Part shown: piece by piece, positions 39,751 through 52,264 of the stretch
Numbering within the stretch: the first letter of the stretch is position 1
Layout: each line of letters opens with the position of its first letter
Source of the DNA: Lama guanicoe
Lineage: Eukaryota
Length of the DNA: 64,000 nucleotides
Assembly: GCA_013239625.1 (NCBI GenBank)
Contig: MU054220.1
Location: forward strand, 6,494,626 to 6,558,625
Reading direction: 5' to 3'
Translations under genes and position numbers: made by a program
The notes under the pieces: generated by a model
What the model was told of the DNA's origin: nothing
Seen by the model: only the letters and a program-made list of their open reading frames with translations
The model's database searches: none

Positions 39751-40344
39751 TTCCTCACTGTGGATAGGCATGAACCCTGAATAGCAGAAAATAAGGGGAA
39801 CCTCACTCAGTTACCTCATTTTCCTGGTTGCCTGGTAGTGTGGAGTGGATGACATTGCAGTCCCCCCACCCTTTCCCAGAAAGGAGACCAACACCTTTCA
39901 GATAAATGACCTTTCAAAGTCTACCTATTCTATACAGCCATCCTTTGACTTTGGTCACTCCCTTCTATATTTTGTACAATATTTTCTCTTTATGAACCAT
40001 AATGACACTCCAGGCATTCCTTAGTTCGTTATTGGAATGTTAGATTATGGAAATTCCTTGAACTATCCTCTTTCATATTTGAAAATATTTAGTGGCGCAA
40101 ATGGGTGGATTTTAGAGGTGAATTACCCTGTGTACATTTTGTAGATAGCTTTTATAGCATTTTTCTATGCTAACTAGACCTGGGTTCATAAAATTGTACT
40201 TTCTCCTGTGGTGGCTGAAGATATGACTAATGCCGCCCACTGCTCTGGGAGTTGAATTTCTTTCATTGCTCTGTGGGCCATCAGGCTATCAAGGACTTCA
40301 GAGAAAACAGGGATCGAAATTTGGATTTTGTAGGCTGGAAAAAG

Positions 40345-40980
40345 AGTCAGCATAAGAAAGCAGACTGCTGTGGGCTGTGATTTGATGTTAGGCTGGGTTT
40401 GAATCTGAGTTCTAACATTTGCTACCTCTGTGACTTTGGGGAAGTCACCGTATCTCTCTGAATATGAGTCCCTTATTTGTGAAACAACGCAGCCTGCACG
40501 ATCAGCGGTGTGTATTCACGTTGGGGTGGGCGTTGTACAGGGAACCCACAAGGACGAGTGATCCCGACAGGCTTTTACTACCTGTGGACCTGGATAGTGA
40601 GTGAATGTAGTGATCATCTCAGTCTGAAATCAGAGAACTATATGGAAAGCTCCTCCTAGCTAGACCTGCCAAAGGACTCAGCCACCTGTGATCTTCGTAG
40701 AAAGGGAGCCAGGAACACAAAGACCTTGACATTCTCTCTCCTCCTTCTGACATCCTGCCACCTTTCCACATTGTTTGAACCTAGTTCACAGCCAGAGGAC
40801 AAAGGAGCTCACAGTCCACACAAGTTCACTGATAAGAACGAGGAAGGATGGATAGAGTGACTATACCTGGGCAAACGGGCACTGTCCCCCACGTAGTGCT
40901 GCCTACTTCGTGGGAATCTATGAGAACTGAAAGAGGTAATTCACGTGAAGCATTGTCCCCTCACCTTAATATGTTAGCCA
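40345..40980. mobile_element. MIR (+) interrupted by an ERVL-class LTR (LTR16/LTR33-like, minus strand, ~40490-40892)
   Basis: MIR stops at 'ccttatttgtgaaac' and resumes at 'gtagtgctgcctacttcgtggg...gagaactgaaagagg'; the insert has the LTR33/16-like motif 'cacattgtttgaacctag...gccagaggacaaaggagc'. Confidence 0.6.
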
Positions 40981-43019
40981 TTATTAAAAATGTATGTCAG
41001 CCACAGTTTACCTTTTCTTTCTAAATTTTTGTTTAAATTTTTAGCTGTTAGCATGATTAGGACTTATTTAATGTTTAGATTACAGTTCTCTATCTGTGTA
41101 AGGGAGATCTGTGTATGAGAGATCTTGGTCAGAGCCCAGAGCCCTAAGTATGATGTTCTTGTGGCAACTGTGAAATGGTTGTTTACGGGATATGGAATGC
41201 AGACCAGAGGGACCTGGGTTCGAATTTGCAATTCCATCACTTCATGTGTAGGAGACCTTTGCAAATTGATTAACTTCCCCCAGCGCTCCCTTGTGAGTTT
41301 GACGTGGAATTCCATGAGTACAAGCCTGTACCACACCATGCAAATTTGGGGGCTGTGTACTCCCTAAATTGTCCATTTCCTTCCTCATGTGGATGCCCTG
41401 TCCTGTCCATTTCACTGGGACTCTGATTATTAAGCAAGAAGCCATTGCTCTAATGCCTTCAATGCTGCATATTCCACCTAAAATCCAAAACACCTGCCGT
41501 GCTTTATCTGCCTTTTATATAATCAGCTGTAATAAGGATTCTGCAGTTAGAATTTAGCTGACAATTTTGTTAGTGATGAACTAAGCTGAGGAGAAACTAG
41601 CTCAACTCTTTCTTAACAGGAAGGTCTCCTGTGGAGGTAATAGGTAGCAGAAACTTGTTAAATCAACAGACATATCTCAGAGACCTAAGCTGCAAAGAAA
41701 TATTTTATTAGGAGGTGTGAGTAAGAAGCTTACTGATGGCAGTAAAAATGGACTAAGTTGTATTTGCTTTGTGTATGTGTGTCTGTGTTGGGAGGAGAAG
41801 GGGTTCTGGAAGGATTTCCACCAAAATATGAACAGTGCTTGTGCCTTGGTGGTTGGACCAGGAGACATTTTTATTTGTTCCCTATCTGCATTGTTTCTCT
41901 GTTTCTCTTTAAATAATATTTTGCTTTACTAATAAGAGTAAAAGTAATAAAATTATTTTACTTTAAATCATACTTCTAGTGTAAAAAAGTTAATCGAAGG
42001 ACATTCTGAAGAAACAACAGGAGAGATGTAGACTGCATTTGAGGGAAAAAAACTAATATTTGAAAAGTAATTGATGTTCAAAACATAGAGTAACATCATA
42101 TTCTAAGAAATAAAGACTTTCAAGAACCTACTATAGCCTTGCAACTTAGAGCTAAAGTTGAAGCAGGCCTTCAGACTTGAAGACAAATGTTGAAATTATG
42201 CCAGCAATTTTTTCAGCTAAATAGAGTGGGATGAAATGGTCATGAATTTTTCCTGGATGTGTCAACGGAAAATGGCATTTTGCGAGGGGGAGCTTGAAGT
42301 ACAAGTCTGATTTTGGTGCCCAAAGGAGGGGAAGGGCACTTTAGTCAGAGAGAAGGACATAAGCAAAGGCTTGATGGCATCTGAGTGAATGACACACTAA
42401 AGGCATGTATTGTCTGTTGTGAAATTTACAAAGCCTGACTTTTAAGACCCATAGTGACAAATGTATTTTTCAAGGATGATTTAAATGTAGCTTTTCTATG
42501 AAAGAAAGACAGCAAATTAACAACTCCTCTGTTGAAAAAAGGATGCAGAAACACAGAAAATTATATGATTTTGGTTTAAAAACAATAGTTCAGTTGACCT
42601 CATCTAGGCTAAGTTAAGAAGGATCTCTATGTGCAGGGTGCTTTCTGAGTTACTCTTAACTTCTCTTTCCTGATTGTTTCCTTCACTTCTTAGACCGCTT
42701 CATCGATCAAACACCCAAAGTTGTACAGCTTTAGCTTTAGCTCCAGGAAATCTCCATGCCAGAATAAGGCCAACCCAGCCAAACTGCACCTTTCCCCCTT
42801 CTCTACCCATCATATGCCCCCAGGAAGGCAGCTAGATTTCTTGAACTGGAATCAATTTTACCTTTCCCAGGGCTACACTGAAACAACACCAATTACTGGA
42901 AGATTTCTTCACCACCTCAGGTGTTTTGCTCATGTATTCCTTTGATACAGTCCCAGGACCTGAACTAGCCATGTCAGGGAGGGACACAGATCCAGCTCCT
43001 GCTGTGATGCTATGACTGC

Positions 43020-43215
43020 ATGGATAATAAGAATAACAGTTGGCATAAGTATCATTATGTATCAGGCACTGGACTGAGTATTTTGTAGAGAACACCTAAT
43101 TTAATCTTATAACCACCCTACGAGGTAAATGTTGTTATCCCCATTTTATAGATGAGGAGAGTCTCAGCCAAGGTCACATATGGTATGTGACAGAACTAGA
43201 ATTCAAGCAACAACT
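43020..43215 (-). mobile_element. MIR SINE fragment
   Basis: 'tttaatcttataaccaccctacgaggta...tatccccattttatagatgagg...ccaaggtcaca'. Confidence 0.8.
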
Positions 43216-43439
43216 TGATGAGTTGTACCTGTTGTAGGGCAGAGAGCTTGTCCAGAATTGAATTTTCTTGTTGTTTCTTGGGTGACTGGCTAATGGTGTA
43301 TACTTTATAAGAGAATAAAAGACCATCAAGGTGATTTCTATCTTCAACTTTGCACACAATTTTCCAGAGCGAGGTGTCACAAACATCACTGACTATCAAG
43401 GGCAAACTTCATACCTAATCCTCCATGCCTCAAAGTTAA

Positions 43440-43530
43440 GTTGTGTATTTGATTCAGTTTGCATTTCTTTAATGAAAAATGATCTCGAGGGTCTTTCATG
43501 TGCTTATTGGCCATCTGTATATCTTCTTGG
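43440..43530 (-). mobile_element. Old L1 ORF2 fragment
   Basis: 'tttgcatttctttaatg...tttcatgtgcttattggccatctgtatatcttc'; minus-strand translation contains EDIQMANKHMK, typical of L1 ORF2. Confidence 0.75.
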
Positions 43531-44899
43531 CTGACATGTCTAATTAATGCTTTTTGAGTATCCAAGTGGTTGTTGTGTCTGAAGTTGTAATAGTCCAAAG
43601 TGAGTGTGTTTGTAGGTTTAAGCACTGAAAGATTTACTGTAAACATCATGTCTCTGGCATCTTAAGGCTTTACGTCTCTAATTCTCTCCCAGACCAAGGA
43701 AGAGGAGCCATCAGACATGGAGTAGGGTGATATACTGGGCATGACACTGTTCTCTCAATTTTACCAGCCAGTCACTGACCCTGATGAACAATGCAGCTAA
43801 GTGGCCTTTGTTTTTTATGTAGCTCCATGCATTTGTGATGATACTGAGGGTATTTTTCTTAGTGAGGAAACTGAATGCTCTGGAATTCATCATTGCCATT
43901 CTACAAATGAAGACATCATCTAGGGAATTGCCAGAGAAGAGGGCATATCTTGGTAAAATTTTCTTTAAAAAGACATTGTAATTAGAAGATGAGAAACACT
44001 AGAAAGACAGTAACACACTAATTTCTACAACCACAAATTTACCTCCATTACAACAATTACTAGGTGATTGTTTTAAAAATTGAAATCACTCATGATCCGT
44101 AAAACAGAATAAAGTAAGGATTTGGATGGGACCACACAATCTTCAGTTTGAGGAATCTGTTGTCAGCCATAAACTTAATGGAATTTTTAGAGTCAGTGGA
44201 ATTGTCTTGTGGGATTTTTATTACATGGATAAGAAAATTTTCCCCAGAGAGACCAATTTGCTATGTGGCCTTGGGCTAGCCATGTCCTAGATTGGCATAT
44301 AATGCCTGGCTATTTTTTGTTGGTTTGTTTTGAGTTTCCCTGGAGAGAGCATACTTTCAAATCTTTCAAATCCATTAGTTGAGCCAAAAAAACACAACTT
44401 TACAAGATGGGCTCCTTCACTCTTGAAGGAAAAAAAAAATTTTTTTGAGGGGGGTGTATATTCCAGGATTTAGCAAATAGCTTCTTTCAGATCAGGTTCT
44501 CACTAAATATTTGTTAAGTGCATGACCTGAGGAAATACAGTGATAGAGTTTCTTAACCACATCCTTCCTTTCCTCTCCTAAGCAATGCCAAGAGTCAGAG
44601 GCTGGTAGAATTATTGGGTTCATTGCTTTTCTCTTTAGCAGCAGAGACCTTGTTAAAAAGGAATTCTATATCCAGTCAGGGAAATGTTCAGTGTGGTTTA
44701 GAACAGAATGTTACCTGCTGTGAGAAGGGAATGATTCCATGTCATCCACAAGCAGTCTGGTCAATTAAGCACCTGACTCCAAGGTGGACTGATGGAGATC
44801 CTAACCTTGAGAGCTGATGGGGAAATATTATGTTTGGTGGTTAAATTAATGCAGAGGAAAGTTAAATGACCCAGGCTAAGATGAACAATGAGTATATTC

Positions 44900-45240
44900 T
44901 TCATTCATTCACTTAATGAATATTTAATGCAAGGCCACTATTTGCTGGATGCTGTGGGCATAAAAAGAAACACAAAATAGAGTCTCTGATCTAAAAAAAA
45001 AGATCACATCCTATGAAGGAGGACAGGCTCGAACACTCTTAACTCTTAATTACTCTTAATTATAATGTGAAGTGATAATTCTGTACTATTGTACTATTGG
45101 TTTTTCCAGAGTCTTGTGATTGTATACAGAGGAGGAAGCCATTGGCTTATTCATTCGAGAAGGATATAGATTTAGAGAATACACTCATAAATAATATGTC
45201 ATTTGCCTTTGGCCTTGAAGGATAAGCAGAATTCAGCCAA
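44900..45240 (-). mobile_element. L2 LINE 3' fragment
   Basis: 'ttcattcattcacttaatgaatatttaatg...ggccttgaaggataagcagaatt'. Confidence 0.55.
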
Positions 45241-45489
45241 TAAAAAGAAGAGAGGAAGCCTTCTTTCAGAATTAAACCTTCAGATGTTTTTCAGTCACTT
45301 AAGTTTCCTGAATTTTATGGTCCTTAATCAAACAGGGATGATATTGGAAATGTTCACTCAATACAGCTCCATGCCAGGGACTGGACTAGGTAAAGGGCAC
45401 TTGATGATTGAAGTGTTGTCCCTGTGCTTACAGTGAAATGTACAGTCCACAAAGGGAGGCAGTCATTGACAGGAAGAATCACCATAGAC

Positions 45490-45708
45490 CAAGGTCAGCT
45501 AGTTTTTTCTTTAAAGGGTTCAATAGTGCTTTAGTCTCTATGGGCCAAAATGTCTCTTGGGAGACTACTTGACTCAGCCATTGGCACATGAAAGCAGTTG
45601 TGGACAATACGTAAATGAGTGGATGTGACTGTTTTGCAATAAAACATCACTGACAAGAACAGGCTGCAGGCAAAATTTGAACTATACACTGTAGTGTGCC
45701 AGTCACTG
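45490..45708. mobile_element. MER58A-like non-autonomous hAT/Charlie DNA transposon
   Basis: 'actacttgactcagccattg...gaaagcagttgtggacaatacgtaaatgagtggatgtgactgttttgcaataaaac' MER58 core; ~220 bp. Confidence 0.75.
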
Positions 45709-45799
45709 AAATAGAGGCGAGACAGGAGGAAAACTTGATTACTAATTATGGGTAGCTTAAAAAACAAATATGCAGTAGAAAAGAAGAACTGATCAGCTT

Positions 45800-46193
45800 T
45801 GTGAACCTAAAGAAAGAGGTAACCTGGGGCATGCTCAAATGACTAGAAATTGGGTTTATCCAGGACTAGCAGAGCGATTGCAGTCCGGGGAAACATATGC
45901 TCTAGCAAGCTGCAGGGAGTCCCTTGAGGGTTTGGGATGGACTATGTTTCTGGGCAAGGAGTGCAAAGAGGAGGACATCCAGCCAGAATCCAAGCAGTAA
46001 GTTCACTGGCGTGGGGACGGGGAGAAATTCTTAGCAGATCTTATTGGTCAGGAGAAGTCTTGGGTCTTTTGTAAATCAGGCATTTAATGGAAATCGGTGT
46101 CTCAGGTCTTAAGTTCCATTCTTCTGATGGTGTATGCGTAAGATTCTCCATTCCATATCTTCTGGTTTCATTTTAGGTTGAAATTCTTTCACA
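45800..46193 (-). mobile_element. ERV1-class solo LTR
   Basis: TG...CA termini (tgtgaac...tttcaca), ~394 bp, 4-bp near-TSD gctt/tctt; reverse start TGTGAAAGAATTTCAACCTAAAATG. Confidence 0.55.
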
Positions 46194-46369
46194 TCTTCAC
46201 TAAAAAACTCAAATGAAAACAACCTCGTGGTGTTAGCACTTACCCTTCAGATAAGTTGAAAGTTTAATAGTCTCTCCATGCCTGAAACTTGCAACATTGT
46301 CTAAATTTGTGCAATTCTTCTTGAGAACCATCTGGCAAAAGGTAAATAAAACTTTAAAAGATAACATGC

Positions 46370-46585
46370 ATAGAGCTCCTGCTAAGTATTTGCTTTGCTC
46401 AATACATTACATGTTTTCCTTCAGGCCTCATAACCATGATGTGGGCAATATTATTACCTCTATTTCACAAAAGAAGAAATTAAGACTCCAATTGCGAAGT
46501 CAGTTGCTCACTTAGTAAGCATCAGGTACAGAACTTGAACCTAGATCTGTCTCTAGTGTTAGCCTTCAACACACTATACCATACT
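46370..46585 (-). mobile_element. MIR SINE fragment
   Basis: 'cctcataaccatgatgtgggcaatattattacctctatttcacaaaagaagaaattaagac...cttgaacctagatctgtc'. Confidence 0.65.
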
Positions 46586-46925
46586 AGCACCATGCTAGGG
46601 AAACTTGATATGTGCATTCGCTTTATTGCAGTGATTCTGCAGCCAGGAATTTATACAAAGAAAATAAGACAAGTGCATGTGATTTAAGTATGAAGTATTA
46701 AAAACTCATTAAATGTCCATTAATGAGAAATGAGTAACTAAAATAATCCATTTATTCAATTAAATATAATATAGCTTTGGAAAGGGTAAGGTAGAGCTAT
46801 GGCTATAGAAATGAAAAGATGGCTGTGACCAGGCTGAGTAAATTAACAGCCTGTGTATTAATTTGTATTGTGTGACCCCATATAATATAATTATGTATGA
46901 CCCCATGTGTATATAATTAATATAT

Positions 46926-48280
46926 GAAGACTGTCTCGTTGGCAAGTGGTGTTGGGAAGGCAGGACAGCCTCATGTAAATCAATGAAATTAGAACACTCC
47001 CTCACACTATACACAAAAATAAACTCAAAATGGCTTAAAGACTTAAATATGAGACAGGACACCATAAAACTCCTAGAAGAGAACATGGGCAAAACATTCT
47101 GTGACATAAATCGTAGCAATGTTCTCCTAGGCGGTTTACCCAGGCAATAGAAATAAAAGCAAAAATAAACCAATGAAAACTAATCAAACTTTAAGCTTTT
47201 GCACAGCAAAGGAAACCAAAAACAAAACAAAAAGACAGCCTACAGAATGGGAGAAAATATTTGCCAATGATGTAACTGACAAGACCTTCATTTCCAAAAT
47301 ATACAAGCAACTCATACAACTCAATGACAACGACAAAAAACCCCATCAAAAAATGGGCAGAAGATCTAAACAGACATTTCCTCCAAAGAAGACATACTGA
47401 TGGCCAACAGGCACATAAAAAGATGCTCAACATTGCTAATTATTACAGAAATGCAAATCAAAACTACAACAAGGTATCACCTTACACCAGTCAGAATGGC
47501 CATCATTAAAAAGTCAACAAATGATAAATGCTAGAGAGGGTGTGGAGAAAAGAGAACTCTCCAACACCGTTGGTGGAAATGTAATTTGGTGCAGCCACTG
47601 TGGAAAACAGTATGGAGGTTCCTTAAAAACTAAAAACTGACTTACCATATGATCCAACAATCCCACTCCTGGGCACATATCCAGACAAAACTCCAATTTG
47701 AAAAGATGCATGCACCCCAGTGTTCCTAGCAGCACCTATTTACAATAGCCAAGACATGGAAGCAGTCTAAATGTCCATCAATAGATGAGTGGATAAAGAA
47801 GTTGTGGTATATGTATATGATGAAATACTACTCAGCCATAAAAAAGAATGAAATAATGCCATTTGCAGTAACATTGTTGGACCTAGACATTATCATACTA
47901 AGTGAAATAAGTCAGAGAAAGACAAATGTCATATGATATCAGTGATATGTGTAATGTAAAGAATGATACAAATGAACTTATTTCCAAAACAGAAACAGAA
48001 TCACAGACATAGAAATCAAATTTAAGGGTGCTAAAATGGAAAGGGTGGTAGAGATAAATTAGAAGTTTGGATTAGAAGTTTCAAACTACTATATATGAAA
48101 TAGATAAACAATAAGGTCCTACTGTATAGCACAGGAAACTATATTAAATATCTTGTAATAACCTAAATGAAAAAGATATGAAAAATAAAATATATATGTA
48201 TAACTGAATCACTTTGCTATACATCAGAAACTAACACAACATTGTAAATTATAGTTTAATTAAAAAGTAAATAAATTTTT
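46926..48280 (+). mobile_element. 5'-truncated LINE-1 (~1.35 kb; frameshifted ORF2 C-terminus plus 3'UTR), flanked by older L1M-like sequence
   Basis: Translations [31 protein letters not shown] and [15 protein letters not shown] are L1 ORF2; the 3'UTR aligns with the copy at 22261-22925. Confidence 0.95.
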
Positions 48281-49051
48281 AAAGGTTTGTAATGTAAGGA
48301 AAAATACATAGTACAACATATTAATGCTTGGATACATTGAAAAAGCTTAAATATGCATCAGATCCATAACATTGCTTATCCAATGGGTGTGGGAATACAT
48401 ATTTGACTCTATACATGGCTGTGTATATTTAAGCAAACATGCCTGAATGATGTTTTTACTAGTTTAGGATATTTCTGCTTGGGGGCAGGTGGAATTAGGA
48501 ATAAACTCTTTCTTTCCGATTTTGCATTATTTTCTTGGATTCTGAACTGGTGTCTGGAGTGTCTTGTCCTCTGTCAAATCACATTTCAATGGCCTTTTGC
48601 TGCTTTGGGGCTGTCTTGGAAAGCAATCAATGTGTACCCTTGCTTACAGCCATTTTATTCCCAGTTGAAAGCTACAGCAGAGTAGTTTGAACATTACACT
48701 TCATCTTGAGCAGCTCTGGTTTATGCTTTCATTCACTTTTGTTCAACATCGTTTCCATCTTCCCTGGTGCTTCAGTTGGATATGGGTGAGGTGATAGGGC
48801 TGAAATGTCCCTGGACGTCCTCTGGTTTGGAAGTAGTGATCACTGCAAGTGACACTGATCCAGTGGCATCCTTTTAGTTTTCTGATTGTTTCAAACTCTG
48901 AAAAGTGTGCTTATGGAACTCAAACAATATTTCAAACAAGTTAATAATCTCTTTGACAATGCTGAAAATGACGTATGGAAGCTGACTTGACCCAGGATAT
49001 GGTAGAATAACCTGAAAAGGATACTTTACATGTCAGGTCTTCCCTCTCAAT

Positions 49052-49231
49052 TGCTGTTTCTCAACTTCAGTGGCACTTTCGAAACAACAGGAAAGCCTGT
49101 AGAGAGTTCAGATGGTTCTATACCCAGAGAGTATGATTTCATTAGTCTGGGGTGGGGTCTAGACTAATGATTAGATGGCTTAAGCATTTCCTGGGTAATC
49201 GTGATCTGGAGCTGGAACTGGCAATCACTGT
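49052..49231. mobile_element. MER5-like hAT DNA transposon
   Basis: 'tttctcaactt...acccagagagtatgatttcattagtctggggtgggg...tcctgggtaatcgtgat...aatcactg'. Confidence 0.55.
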
Positions 49232-50303
49232 TCGAACTCCTTTATTTGGGGGATTACCCTTTGGATAAGTTATTTCAGAGAACAAATCTCCCAACCTCCT
49301 GATGGGTCTCTCATCTTCAGTGGAAACATCACTATTTTCAACCTATGTCACTTTTCTTTAGAGTCAATAAAGCAGTGAAAAAGCTTTGCATATGAATACA
49401 TAGTAGCAGGCTTTCTTTTTAAATTTTTATTTATTTACTGATCTATCAGACCATCCATTACTCCTCAAAGAATTGAAGGTCACAAAGACATTTTTATTAG
49501 AGCAAACACAGTAGATGGTCTTCTTGATCCTTTAATTAAAGTTCTTGCTTATTAGCTCTGGAAAAGCATGCTTTCATGTTGCTCAAAGAATATGTGGATT
49601 CTATTACTTTTTGAGTTTTGCTTCTATTTTAACACATTTGTCGAAGTTCAGGATCAGAATCATTGAAACCTGTTACATTCTGCATTGGCTTCAGAGATAT
49701 TATGGTAACATTTTTGATAAAAGAACAACCTTTCTGCCTTATCTCAGACTTCTCCCTCAGTCTCCCTTTCCCTGCCACCAAAATAAAAAGTGGGAATAAG
49801 AAAGGAGTATGTCTTAAATTTTTTGTAACTCAGAGACATAAATTATCCTTATAAAGATCTAATTTATTATTCTACCAATAATCAGAATATATTTCTTGGC
49901 TTCTGAAATTGATGATACAAACACTGCCTTTCTGCACTATACATGAGGAAATGCTTGTTTTTGTTAAACTGTATTTGTATAAGTCATTATCATAGTAGCT
50001 TAGCACTTTGACGAGCACATGATTTTAACACAAAACAACTCTAACTCTTCAAGTTGAATTTTAATGTCTTTCTTTTTCTCAAAACATAGAGCACTTCGAT
50101 TGATTTTCATTTGTGAGCTTTTTGTTGTTGTTAGCAGAGGTGATCTAGAGAATGCCCAGGCTCTCCGCAATTAGTCTTTATAAGTGTGCACAAAGCTCAA
50201 CAGCTTATTGGAATCTCATTGCAAAGAGTGGGAAGTCTCTGTCCCATTCTAACAAAGGCACTGTCATCAAGGTCACAGGAGCCACACCCCTGATAAGCAC
50301 TAG

Positions 50304-50492
50304 ACTCTTGGTCCCAAAAGAGTAGCTCTCAGACCAGCAGCATCAGCATCACCTGAAAACTTGTTAGAAATGTGGATTTTGGTCCCAACCCCAGACCCAC
50401 TGAACCAAAAACTCTGACAGTGGGTCCCAGAAACTCAGGTTTTAACAAGCCCTCCAAGTGCGTCTACTGCGCCATGAAGGCTAAGCTCTGCT
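50304..50492. mobile_element. MER5A hAT DNA transposon
   Basis: 'gaccagcagcatcagcatcacctgaaaacttgttagaaatg...ccccagacccactgaaccaaaaactctg...ttttaacaagccctccaagtg'. Confidence 0.85.
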
Positions 50493-51430
50493 CTCCTCTA
50501 GACTGGGAGCTCCCTGAAGGCGGTGTCATGGATGCCCCACCACCCCTGTGTCCCTAATGTCTAGGAGACAGACGGAATTGGTGTGTAAATGGAAGAATCT
50601 ACTCTGCAAATAGCAGGAGCTGGAAACCTATGAACTGACAGCAAGTAAATGCACGCTGATACCTGCAAGATACATGATGGTGAGAAATCAGGGTGAGCTA
50701 GCTCGGGACTTTCATGAATGTGAGTTCTACAGGAATACCAAAGAGTAATGTCAGGTCTACAATTTCTTATCAGATCTTTTTTTAAAAAAAATCTTGCCTT
50801 GAACCATATCATTTTAAGGAATAATCTGTATTAACATTAATACATGGACTAATCCCAATATCTTTGAACCGATATTTGACCTAAATCATGACCAGTGAGT
50901 TAACTCACTTTCCAATAGCATATCTGATCATTTGTAGGTAAATTAAAATTAATGCCACTTAGCCAGTTGATGTAAACAATTGAAGCCTTGCGTTAATGCT
51001 TTGAAACTTTTTTGAGCAGTTGGATCCTTTTCTTTGAGTGCAGGTTTACTCAGAAGCTCTGTATATCAAATAGTTCAAACAGAATGGCTCTGGGTGGAGC
51101 AGGCGAGGATATTGGCACCAGTCTCCTCTCCCGGCTGTGCTGGAGCCTGTGTCGTTGGTGGTTGGGAGTCGAGGGCCATTGCAGACACAAGAAACATAGT
51201 TTAATATTCCTTGTACCAGGAAAACACTTTCGGACCTGCATGGCTTCAGGTGATATTTATGTAATGCTTTATGTTTTTCAGAGGACTTGTGCTTTGAAAT
51301 CACTTTTAACTGTTGTTGACAACTGATGAGTCATGTCAGTTGTGACATACCAGGCCAACTGGATATCTGGATATCATAAATATTCCTGAAACTTCCCCTC
51401 CTTTGGCCCTCACTATCCAAGTGGTAACTT

Positions 51431-51489
51431 ACATATATATACATGTATATGTATATGTATGTGGGTGTGTATATGGGTGTGATGGGTAA

Positions 51490-51531
<42 letters not shown>
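51431..51531. repeat. Compound (TA/TG) tract ending in (TG)14
   Basis: Read directly; perfect (TG)14 at 51503-51530. Confidence 0.9.
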
Positions 51532-51533
<2 letters not shown>

Positions 51534-51611
51534 TCTTTTCTAGTCTTCAGTAGCTAATGAAAAACTGTATCACCTGGCCATTTTCCTCCCTAATTCCTTA
51601 GCAACTTTATC

Positions 51612-52264
51612 TGTGGCAAATAAAAAGCAAATCCTGGAGAGACTGAATTGCGAGGTTATTGAGAGAGAAGGGTAGAACTGGGGCGAGGAGGGCCGTTGCG
51701 ACAGGGAGGATGCTTAGACATGAGATCTGCAAGCGTGGCAAAGCTGGGCAGAAAGAGGCTTTTCTTTTCTAGGAAGGAGTCCACAACGCTGTGAAGAACT
51801 AGGTGTGGGGAAGTGTGAGGAATCAGAGGAACAGGTGGAGGTGGCCTGATCAGACTATAAATTAGGGAATGTTGTAGCCAGAAGTGGACCTCTTGTTAGG
51901 AGCAGTTGTTAAAGAAATGTTATGTGTTGGCTCAGGCTGAATGTGGGCCGATGTTCAGGGACCTCAGGGAAGAAGACAACCAAAGTTTGGTTAACAAACA
52001 TTAACCAAATCTGATTGATCAGTGAAGACAAAGCAGTATAGAGAATCATTTATGGAGCGAAAACTGGGAATTTGAAGAGTCTGTGTCTGGTCTTATTATA
52101 GGTAAATATAAATCTTATATTGAATCTTATCTAAGTCATGTGGGGAAAGGTGGTTCCCAATAGGAAGGTGATTCCCAGAACACAAAAAGAGGGGGAGGTG
52201 GGATTTCCTAACCTTCAGTGTTTTCCAGGATCACAGGACTTGGATACAATTTTGCATCGTTATC
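51612..52264 (-). mobile_element. ERV1-class solo LTR, MER31-like
   Basis: Reverse start 'gataacgatgcaaaattgtatccaagtcctgtgatcctggaaaaca' resembles the MER31 5' end; internal 'tcttatctaagtcatgtggggaaagg', 'ccaaagtttggttaac'. Confidence 0.7.
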
